Below, one piece after another: positions 41,782 to 52,630 of a stretch of 64,000 nucleotides of DNA. The DNA lies in assembly GCA_051294375.1 (NCBI GenBank), contig CM119264.1, forward strand, positions 26,373,011 to 26,437,010, read 5' to 3'. Both the position numbers and the translations under genes were made by a program. Source of the stretch: Paraspadella gotoi (Eukaryota > Animalia > Chaetognatha). Numbering within the stretch: the first letter of the stretch is position 1; every line of letters begins with the position of its first letter. Below the pieces are notes generated by a model. It worked only from the letters and a program-made list of their open reading frames with translations. It did no database searches and was not told the DNA's origin.

Positions 41782-42000
41782 CGACAGAAGTTCTGACTGT
41801 TCTGTCATTGAAAGGAAGGGATGGTCCGACTGTTTCTTTTTTCAAAGGGGACAGAAGTTACGACAGTTCTGACTTTGAAAGGGACCTCGGTACTAACTGT
41901 TTCGTCTTTGAAATCGGTACGTCTGTTTTGTACCGACAGTTATTTATTGGAAATGGACAGAAGTTATAACCGTTCTGTCTCTAAAAAGGACAAAAGTTCA
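41782..42000. repeat. Degenerate ~33-bp tandem repeat whose best units form a GACAGAA-N10-TTCTGTC hairpin
   Basis: Units start at 41783, 41850, 41956 and 41989; many end in ttgaaa. Confidence 0.7.
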
Positions 42001-42926
42001 GATATTTGTATGAATGTCCTTTTTTTTTAAGGCAAAGGACAATTTTAATTTCGCAAGACAAACGACAATGAGTTTATGAAAATATTTTTTTTTTTTTGCA
42101 AACACCAAATCAAAATAATAAACGTTAAAGAAATTCTTTATAACAACTGACAAAAGGAAGATAATTTACCGGCCGCCCTTCCCCCTTAAAAGGGCATCCC
42201 CGAACTCAATTCGAAAACGATGCTCGACTTCGCCCATAAAATCCGCATCTTACGTTCGAAACGACCATAAAAGGGGCATTTCGAGCCACCAAGGGCAAAG
42301 TCGGCCCCGACGGCCTCCGAGCGGAGATCTCAGTTTTGATCATCATCATAATCTTCGGCCTTTTATGCGCATGCGTTTAATCGTGGCTCTGGAAGCGGAG
42401 GGGGGAGAGGGAAGAATTTGTGGGGGGGAGGGGTTGTGGATGAGTGGGGGGAAAAGAAAGCGGGGTTGAGAATAAGGAAGGAATTTTTTTTTTAAGATAA
42501 CGGATTGTTTTCATTTTTATTAGCGGTAAAATGCCATTAATGACGCAATAATGACGCAATAACAATATCAGGTAGCGTTAAATTTACAGACTTTAAATCA
42601 AGAAGAATGGGGAATAAAGAAAAAAAAGGGGATAAACTATTGATAAGGTATGAGATGGAATTAAGTGTTGGAAGATAGCAACGAAAAGAAACTGAATGAA
42701 GGAAGGGAGGAAAAAGATGAGTGAGAGGATGTGATACATTAAGAATGCGAGAAGATGTGAAGATATGAACCGTGATTGAAAAAAAAACACCGTGACGTAA
42801 TTCTAAAGCGACGAACGTGAAAGGAGGTTGAAAGCGAAGAAGACGACGAGAAAGTTTTGCCGGGGTTACGAGGGTAAGGGTTACGGGTAAGAGAGGGACG
42901 CCAAAAAAGTAGGTGATAAACCCATT

Positions 42927-43017
<91 letters not shown>

Positions 43018-43091
43018 TCTCTCTCTCTCTTTTCTCCCTTTCCCATCGGACTTGGCTCCCCTCGGAGGTTTTCTCAGCGATAAGCGAGAGG

Positions 43092-43162
<71 letters not shown>

Positions 43163-44039
43163 AAGAGAGAGATTTACTTTCTCGGTTTTTGGTGACGGGA
43201 GTAAAAACCGAGTTTCCTGGTCGGAAGATTGCTTTTCAGACTCGAATGAATTGAAATGGTCGGAAAGTCTATTTATATTCCCATATATTATATAAATGTA
43301 TGTACATATATATTCGTTTAAATACTTTTTTTCCTGTCTTTTTTTGTTTCATTTTTAGGTTTTTTTTTTTAAAGCAAATTCCACAAAAAAAAGAAAAGAA
43401 ATTCGGACAACCTCGGATGACCTTCCGTTCGTTAATTAATTCAGGAGCTTAGTTCGTCTCCGTCGAGAGTAGTCTTTTTATTTAACCTTATTATCGTGAC
43501 CTTAACCGCCTTAACTCTCCCTCACACAGCCTCACCCTTTCTTCATCTTCTTGACCTTTCCTCACACAAAATCATCTTTTTTCTTTTCGTCACTATGCCA
43601 GATTAGTTCTTAACATATTGGCACAGTGGCTCATTTTCCTTATCTTTAAATCCCCTCGTATATAAAGAATTTAAACAGTTTTTTATATTATATTTATATT
43701 ATTATTATATTTTTATTATCTTATCAACAATATAATAAAATAATATATAAAAAAATAATATAACTTTAAAATCAAACGTTTTTACGTTTTCTTAAGCGGA
43801 GGACAGCAGCGAACAGCTTAATTGTACAAACTGTGTTAAAATTGTCAGTAAGCAAAGACTTTGTCATTTCCCTTACACTTTCGAACCTTTTCTTTGATCT
43901 CATCCCTTTATTTGTGTCACCTCTATTTTTTTCTCTCACGTCTAGTTTTCCCGTCACAAGAAAAAAAAAATTCGTGAGATAAAAAAAAGAGAGAAAAAGA
44001 GAGAGAGAGAGAGAGTGAGAGAGAGACTAGCGTTTCGAC

Positions 44040-44141
44040 GATATCACGTGAATTCGACCCCAACATCACATGATTGCGACCTCGATATCACGTGATTTCG
44101 TGTTGAGACGCCATGTGACCCTTGAAACGGGCAATGCTGGG

Positions 44142-44237
<96 letters not shown>

Positions 44238-44261
44238 AGCCACGTGACCCCGAAACGGGCG
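44040..44261. promoter_or_regulatory. Cluster of five class-B E-boxes around a (GA)n tract; candidate bHLH-ZIP enhancer
   Basis: CACGTG 44045, CACATG 44067, CACGTG 44089, CATGTG 44112, CACGTG 44241; flanks TCACGTGA/CACGTGAC. Confidence 0.45.
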
Positions 44262-44376
44262 ACCCTTTCCCGTGCGACCGCAAAGTCGTTGACCTCCTTT
44301 TCACTTTCTCTTTCCCTTTTTTTTTTACTCTTTTCCCTCAAATTCGTCCCATTTCCTCTTTTTTCAGATGACGAGA

Positions 44377-44427
<51 letters not shown>

Positions 44428-44706
44428 CCACTCCCTCCTCCCTTTTCTCTCCGTTTCAATGATTCTCTTTTCGACGTTTTTTTCCCCCTTTCTCAGTTTT
44501 ATTATTCATTCCTTCTCTTATTGAATTTCTTTTTATGTTAGGATTTGTGACGAATGTGTTCTCCTTTTTCCAGGGTTAAATTTTTTTTCTTTCACTCTAT
44601 CCCTACTTTTTTTTTAAGTTGCTGAGTGCTTTACTAGGTTTGCGCCTGAATAATTGTAAAAAGTCTGACTCTTACTCATAAAGGGAGTAGTCTTTCATAC
44701 AATTGA

Positions 44707-44893
44707 AACATTCTTTGAAACATTATACCACTTCATTGATAGGGAAGCCAGGTACTCTGGGAGTGAGTGATCTGCTATGTAATTATCTTGTAAGAGTGAT
44801 GGAGGCCTTAAACCACCAATGCCAGTCCAAAGTCAAGATAGCTTATTTAATAAATGAATGGATAATTTTTATATTGGTTGTACTAATTTCATA
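44707..44893. mobile_element. Short interspersed repeat, copy 2 (same family and orientation as 13943-14174)
   Basis: Direct sequence similarity over ~185 bp. Confidence 0.75.
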
Positions 44894-44919
44894 AATTTGT
44901 TTTTTTGTACTACCTTTTA

Positions 44920-44943
44920 CTAGCAACAACCCGTTCGCGAACG
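44920..44943 (-). mobile_element. Helitron-type 3' terminus (hairpin + CTAG|T); 5' end not located
   Basis: Minus strand reads cgttcgcgaacg (perfect 12-bp palindrome), 8 nt, CTAG, then T. Confidence 0.45.
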
Positions 44944-45683
44944 CCCGAATTGCTCCAGCCGTTCCGCATCGACTTTCCAATATGCTTCGTGATCACATTT
45001 TTGACCTTAACGCTTCCTTCTTGTCTTATGTGATGTCCTAGTATCCCTTGTCGTATCGTATCTCGCCAATTCTTGCAAGATTGCAGATATTTTTCGTCTG
45101 TGCTGAATCATCAGCGAAGATGGTGATGCAGAATCAACCGAAAATGGAGAAGAGGAATTCGGAGAGTAAAACGCAAGAAAATCTGACGAAGTTGCCAAGG
45201 ATGTAGTGATTGATGGAAATGACATGGCTCAGTCAATCAAGCAAAAAAACCCATGTCAGAGACAATAAAACGGATAATACATAGAATCAAACGATGCTTA
45301 TCGTAAAAAAAACTGATGTAAAGAACAAATTTTGAAATAAAAACTGACCAAAAAAATTAATCAATTAATGATATTTCCCTTCAAAGTTCGTAATGAATAA
45401 AGTGACTCTAAACCAGAAAAAAGTTAATGGCGACGACGGGATTAAAACGGCGTTCTCTTCTCACAGCCGCTTATCGTGACGCCTCTTTCAAGATTTTCAC
45501 TCCGCCGCCATTTTTCTATATTTTTTACATTTAATATTTTTTTATATTTTTCGGCGACAACGCTCCTGCCGCCTCAAAAGACGACTACGACGACGACAAC
45601 GACAACTCGTCAGAATGTAAATTTTAGCCTCCATGCCATTCAGTATTCATATCCTTCTCATAACACAAAGGTGAAACTCTTGC

Positions 45684-45805
<122 letters not shown>

Positions 45806-46755
45806 CTGTTAAAAATTCTTTTTTTTTTTCAGTTTTGAGAAAAACTTTTTGCCTCGAGCTTATTGTTCCTCCAACTTACGGCGACACACACAAAAAAATA
45901 ATATCGAACTTGTTCAACTTTTTGATCCTTCAACAACGTTTACAATCAGGTTTTATGATTTTTCACGTATTCAAATCACGAAATACACATTTCATTTTCT
46001 CACTCAAAGTTTACTCTCTCTGTCTCTAAACCTCTCTCCCTTGACATTTTCCCTTTCCTTATCTCCCACCCCCTTTCTCTCTTTTCCCTTTTTCGCCTGA
46101 CGACCTTATCAAGATCTTTTCGCTTTGCATATCAACTTCGCCCGACTAAATCCTCCTTTTCACATCCGGGGGGGGAAGTGGGCGTCGACGAAGGGACGTC
46201 GACCCAGGCGGAGACGCAGGTGCGGCTCTGCCGGGCGCCGCAGGGCGACACGGAAAATATCTTCGCTTTTTTGAGGGTTGGTGGATGCGGCGGATGCGGC
46301 GGATGCGGCGGGTGCAGCGGGTGCGCGGATACTGCAGAAATAATTATGTTTTATTATTAGCGATTACTAGTGACTTTTTGACGATAGCTGTATTATCTCA
46401 GTTATAGTAGGACAGAAAAAAAACTATAGTTTCTACAATCAAATGCCCCAGAGACAAAGATAGTCTGAGTAAGGCATATAATTGATCCGCTTAAGAGTTA
46501 TGATTTGTCTTTTTATAATTTTATAATAAAATTAGAAATTTTTATTTTAATTTTAAATTTAATCAGACAAATCTATATTTTATTTTTTTAATCATGAAAA
46601 GTATTTTAAACCTACATACCCTATTTAAATATCGAGTGACACATCGCATAAAAAAAAAAACCTTCCCTGACCATTTCGCTCGAGGTGCGTCGTCTCAGGA
46701 GACGAAGCGCAGGTGAGTGATAAGGAGATGTCACGAAAAATCTTGACGTCCCTTG

Positions 46756-46890
46756 GGAGAACGGGAGAACGGGAGACAGGAGAAACGGGAGAAAACAGGA
46801 AGAACAGAGAGGCAGGAGAAAGCGGGAGAACGGGAGAACAGAGAACGGGAGACGGGAGAACAGGAGAACGAGAGAACGGGAGACGGGGAG
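46756..46890. repeat. Degenerate (GGGAGAAC)n-type repeat
   Basis: gggagaacgggagaacgggagacaggagaaacgggaga... Confidence 0.85.
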
Positions 46891-48426
46891 GGAGAAAGGG
46901 GAGGAGGGGGAGGGAAGAGGAAGAGGGGATTGAGGAGGAAGTGGGGACTGGAGGAGGGGAAGGAGACGGAGGAAGCGGGGAAAGATACGTGTTTGACCTG
47001 AAATTAACCCAAAAAAAATGGACAATTTGATAATTTCTTTCTCCCAAAATTAGTTGTATTTAATTAAAAAGACCATTCTTTAGGCCGATGTTCGAGCATG
47101 CCTGCTTCTTGAAAGCGACACATTGATAATTTAATACGTTTCGGATTTTTATCAAGTTTATCCGAAGTAAATTAAATAAAAGAAATTTTAAAATATCAAG
47201 GCTGACCAAAGTTATATAGAGAAGAATGTAATATACAATTTTCCCTCCTCAGAGTAATAAGTTTCCCTTTTCAAGCGACCGTCTGTCAAAATTGATTCCT
47301 TTCGATCTTTTCTGAGTCGAACTTACCTTTTTTCTTTGCCTTCGAAGTTCGTTTCGTTTCCGTCAGAGTTCGAATGCCAACTTACCACGCAATTAAGTCA
47401 TCTTTTTCGTCGAGGTTCCTAATAAATATTCGGCCAAAGAAACGATAAAGAATTTGATTGCGAAAACATCAAAAGAGGAAGAAAGGGAAGGGAAAAGAGG
47501 GAGAAGAGGGGAGAAAAGAAAAAAAGAGACCCAATCCTTATGGCATCCCAATCTCTCAACTTACCCATCGAAATGCTGTCACCCCTCCGTACAACCGTTT
47601 TTCTACTTACCATACGCCTTCCCCACATAACCGAATCTTCGCCATGCAAAAAGCCTTACGATCAGATTCGCGTTCAAACCCTCGATAAAAACTTCTTTTT
47701 ATTTCCTCCCACTTTTTTTTTACTCCCCCGGAGTCCTCACTCAAAATGACTTACCCAAGGAGACTTACCCTAGAGGCCAAAACTGAGCCACACACCCGCA
47801 CTGCCACAGCTTCATCCTCACCCCCATAAAACTAAACCCACCCCCCCTAACTTCCCTACGGGTACTCCGTTATGAGTGGCAATATATTGGGGACGATTGT
47901 GTCTGGGATCTTGTAGTCCCTTCGCTTCTTTCGCTTTTATTGCTCCGCTTTCGTCTCTTAAAAGGATTCATGGCCCAAATTTTGACCGAAAATGGGAGAA
48001 TATTTTTTGCGGGGATGGGATCTTTTCCCGTCGCCCCTCGGGGGCAGGCGAGGGGGCGGGAGGGAAGGGGATGAAGAGCAAAGGTGGGAAAGGATGGGGT
48101 GCAGAGACCAGGGGAGAAGAATGGAAAGGGGGAGTTAAAAAATGAAAGGGGAGAGAAGAAAAAGTGACCGGATGAAAAGATTGAAACTGAAACGACGAAT
48201 GATTTTAACTAAGATAGATAAATAGTCAGTCTGAGATACGCAGAGATAGATCAATATGTATGGGTCATGCGGGAAAGCGTTTGTCGATCGATTGCATGGC
48301 TCTATCACCAAAAGTTTAATTTTCGTAATTCGGCTGGAAGGAATAGGGACAAGGACCATTCCGCTCTTTCTTTCTTTCTCTCTTTCTTTCTCTCTTTCTT
48401 TCTTTCTTTTTCTTCCTCTCACTTTC

Positions 48427-48508
<82 letters not shown>

Positions 48509-48780
48509 TTTCTTTTCGATTTTCAATATTTTTAACGTTTGGCTGATTCGATTTTTGATTATTATTAACTTAAAATTTAAATGTACGAAAGTATAAGCCT
48601 TTCTATTTTTCTCTTTCTAAATGAGGTTTTGTTGTTGTTGTTGTTGTGGAGTTTCGAATCTCGCGTTATATCCGTCTCGTCAGTCCCCGAGTCAACGGGG
48701 CGAATCGCGGCCCGAGTGATATATTAGTTTTCTATTAGTTTTTTTTTACTATCAGGGATTTGAGATATTGACCAGAGTTC

Positions 48781-48838
48781 GGGGCGGTGGAAGGGGAGTT
48801 GGGGCGGTGGAGGGGGATTTGGGGCGGTGGAAGGGGAG
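48781..48838 (+). repeat. 20-bp G-rich repeat x3, each with a GGGGCGG GC-box; G-quadruplex-capable
   Basis: ggggcggtggaaggggagtt / ggggcggtggagggggattt / ggggcggtggaaggggag. Confidence 0.8.
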
Positions 48839-49129
48839 GCGCTGAAATTGGGGGACACAGGGGGAAGAACATTAAGATCCAAATGAAGATTCGTGCTATT
48901 TTTTAACCATTTTTAGGTGGGCCCGATAAAGCAAAGGAAAAGTGATTCGCTAAGTGTGGTTAATGTCACCAACGCAATGAATAAGACAACGATACAGGCT
49001 TCACTGGCTACACATGTTATTGCCTAATAACTAGACAGAAGACTAGTCAAAAGATTGGCTGCCACATGATTACAAGTATGATTTATAATAACATCTTCTG
49101 CGCACGGATTCGTGTAGTTCCTTCAGCTG

Positions 49130-49293
49130 ACTCTCTTTTTTACTTCTTCCTTTCCTTATTTTTCTCTCTCTTTTCCTTCTTCCTTTCCTTATTATACTCT
49201 CTCTTTACCTTCTTCCTTTCCTTATTTTACTCTCTCTTTACCTTCTTCCTTTCCTTATTTTACTCTCTCTGTACCTTCTTCCTTCCCTTACTC
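49130..49293. repeat. 33-bp pyrimidine-rich minisatellite, ~5 copies (ttcttcctttccttattttactctctctttacc)
   Basis: Direct tandem units. Confidence 0.92.
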
Positions 49294-49337
49294 TAAATTA
49301 TAACTACCTTCTTTCCTAACTCCTCATTTCGCACTTC

Positions 49338-49441
<104 letters not shown>

Positions 49442-50673
49442 TCTCTCTCTCTCCCCCCTCTCTCTCCCTTCTGTCTCTCCTTTTCCCGGTTGTTGTTTTG
49501 ACAGCGGAAAATTCCGGACTTATTGAAAAACGATCAGTAACCATAACATCGAGATAGAGGGTCTAATGGACACGAAGGATTCCGCAGCTGTGGACGCGAC
49601 CGAGGGGAAGGCCAAGGGTGGATCGGGCGCCCCAAGGAGGGTGGCTCGCCCAAGGGTAGGAATGCTACTAGAGGGGGTTTCGGACGACAAAGCGAGGGGT
49701 CGTTGGGCGCTCAAAAAATACTTCTAGGCGAAAGGCGTTTTATCAAAAAAAAAGTTTTTTTTCGGATCGTTCAAAAGTGTGGTTTTGGGGGTTTAATTTC
49801 CAGTACGAATAGGTGGAAAATCTGGGCATTGATTCGTAAAAATTTGGGTCAGCTATTGTTAGTCAGGGGTTGGTTCTAAACCTTCTTTTTGTTTTATATT
49901 TATTCTTTGGTTATAAATTCTAATTAAGGTCATCGAGACTGACTAATGATTTACCACGAGACGAGGAATTTAGAAACGTCGAAAGGGATATCGGGCAGAC
50001 CTAATCCAAAAGTCTTCGGGAAGACCTAAAATCCAAAAATCGATCGAACAGACTTTCTGATAACAAACGAATGACAGGCACGTCGAACCAAAGTCGCTGC
50101 CACCCTCGATCCTGCGTACATTCCCCCCCTTCGAGGTAAGGTCTTTGGTAAGGGCGTCGAGGCGAAGGCTTCGTTCCTCACCCAGAAATTTCCGATTCCT
50201 TTATTTCCTTCCTCATCGCGAATCAAGAGGGCAACGACGTTACGCACGTCTTGTCGCCGACAAATGAACAAATCGAAGAAAAGCGACGCCATCTTGGATT
50301 TTTTTTTATGAGAGTAAGGGGGGTGAAAAATGGGGGCTTGTCTCGTATCGACTGGATTCTTGACAAGGTCTTTCTTGTCAAATCAACGTCGCTCTTTTTT
50401 TTTCTCGATGCCGGGTTGTTATTTTCGGGGGGAGGCGGCAGGGGGGCGGCGGTTTTATTTCGTTTGTTGTGTTTCGGTCTGTCAGCATAAAAAGTGTGGG
50501 GGATTTGTCAACCTCTCATCTGACCGTCTAGTGCGAAATTAAAATTTAAAAAAATCAAAAATGAGTTGAGACTTCATTATTTTAGGGGATAGAGACTATG
50601 GAAAAAACGCTTCTGGCTTTTTATTGCGGGTGAGTTAATCCGCTAAATTAGATTAACGATAAACTAAGCACTG

Positions 50674-50732
<59 letters not shown>

Positions 50733-52595
50733 CTCTCTCTCTCTCCTCTCTCTTCTCTCTCTCTTCATGTTTTCATTCGGCCTTTCATTCTACGTTTTCC
50801 GGGTTCTCGTTATATTTTTTAATTGTTTTTATTATTTGTTTGCCCTTTCCCATCGGTCTTTGTTTTCCTCACTTTTTATGGGATTTTTTTACGAACTTTT
50901 ACGTATTTTTGAAATTATGGTTAATTCATTAAATTCTTCTTACTTTCAGTGATGCAGAAATAAAAAACCTTTATAGCTCACGATTTTTTTTTAATTTTAA
51001 GAAATATCCAATGATACCGTTTTATGACTTCAAGTCGGAAGGTAGTCGGATATACTAGTTAATTTTTAGCAATTCATAATAATTAGACAAACATAATAAA
51101 AAGAGAAAACTCGCGTATTTCGATTCGTGTTCATCTCTACGGTTATTACGAGACCAGCGTCGACAAAACTCATGAGGATTCTGAACCCTGACGCAAGAAA
51201 GGCGATAATCAATAACGAAAAAAAAAACAAGAAACAAAAAAAAAGAAAGAGAAAAAAACAAGATAAAAATATTTGGAAGAAAAAAAAAGAAGAGAAGGGA
51301 AATTGAAATGAGAAAAGGGAGAAAGAAAAAAAAGAAGAGGAGGAGAAAAAATAAATAAAAAAAAGAGGAAAGAAAGTAGAAAGAAAGAAAGAGATTGAGA
51401 TGGAAAGAAAGAAAGAAAAATCGAGGTCTTAATGAAGAAAAGCGTCGGAGTTCGTGTATCGACGAGAATTCGAGAGAAGAAGTCGAAAGAAGACACGGAA
51501 TTTCGCGGTTAGAATTGCATCGGAGGAATGGGAGTAAGANNNNNNNNNNNNNNNNNNNNNNNNNNNNNNNNNNNNNNNNNNNNNNNNNNNNNNNNNNNNN
51601 NNNNNNNNNNNNNNNNNNNNNNNNNNNNNNNNNNNNNNNNNNNNNNNNNNNNNNNNNNNNNNNNNNNNNNNNNNNNNNNNNNNNNNNNNNNNNNNNNNNN
51701 NNNNNNNNNNNNNNNNNNNNNNNNNNNNNNNNNNNNNNNNNNNNNNNNNNNNNNNNNNNNNNNNNNNNNNNNNNNNNNNNNNNNNNNNNNNNNNNNNNNN
51801 NNNNNNNNNNNNNNNGGATGAGGAGGAGGAGGAGGAGGAAGAATAAAGGAAAAGAAGAAGAAGAAAAAAATCTAGGGAGGGAGGAAAAGGAAAAATAAAA
51901 TAAGAATGATGGATAAGTTAAAGAATGAATTAAGTCCTGAGAGAAAGTTTTAAAAAACCTGAGGAAAGGAAAAGAAGATATTAAAAAAAAAAAAGAGGAA
52001 AACGGAACGAATTGACGGAGAAACAAAACGGATAAGAAATGGAAGAGTAAAAAGAAGAGAAAAAAGCTCAGAGGCCAAAAGGGGAAAGTTGTGCACATGT
52101 CCGATGAAAACGATAAAGTCAATTCGGGGGGGGAGGAAGAGAGGGAGGGAGGAAGGAGGTTGGGAGGAAGTTAAGGAAAAGGAGAGTGGGAGGGAGAGAC
52201 TGATGAGAGAGGGGAGGACGGTAGGGAAAGAGGGAAGGAGAAACTGAAAGGAAAGTGGGAGGAAATTATTAAAAGAAGAAAGAGAGGTGGATTGGGAGAC
52301 AGAAAATGAAAGGGAAAAAAAGATAATAAAAAGAGAGTGGGTGGAAGATATTAAAAGGAAAAAGAGAAGGGGTAATGGAAAAAAAGAAAATAAAAGGAAG
52401 ATAATGAAAGTAAAAAGGAGACAGGAAATGAAAGGATAGTGAAAAGAAGATAATAAGTAGAGAGAAAATGACTAAAGTAAGACAAGGAGGAGAAAAAAAA
52501 AGAGGAAAAAGAAAATTGAAAGAAATTAAGAAATCGATAGGTTTGTGGGAAAGCGGTTGACCGAGGACGGTTAGTGAGACCGAAAAGACTTTGAT

Positions 52596-52630
<35 letters not shown>

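Noticed and set aside
41782-42000. Hairpin repeats ending in TTGAAAG as CRISPR-like repeats
   Set aside because: Units are degenerate and contiguous; the intervening sequences are decayed units, not spacers.
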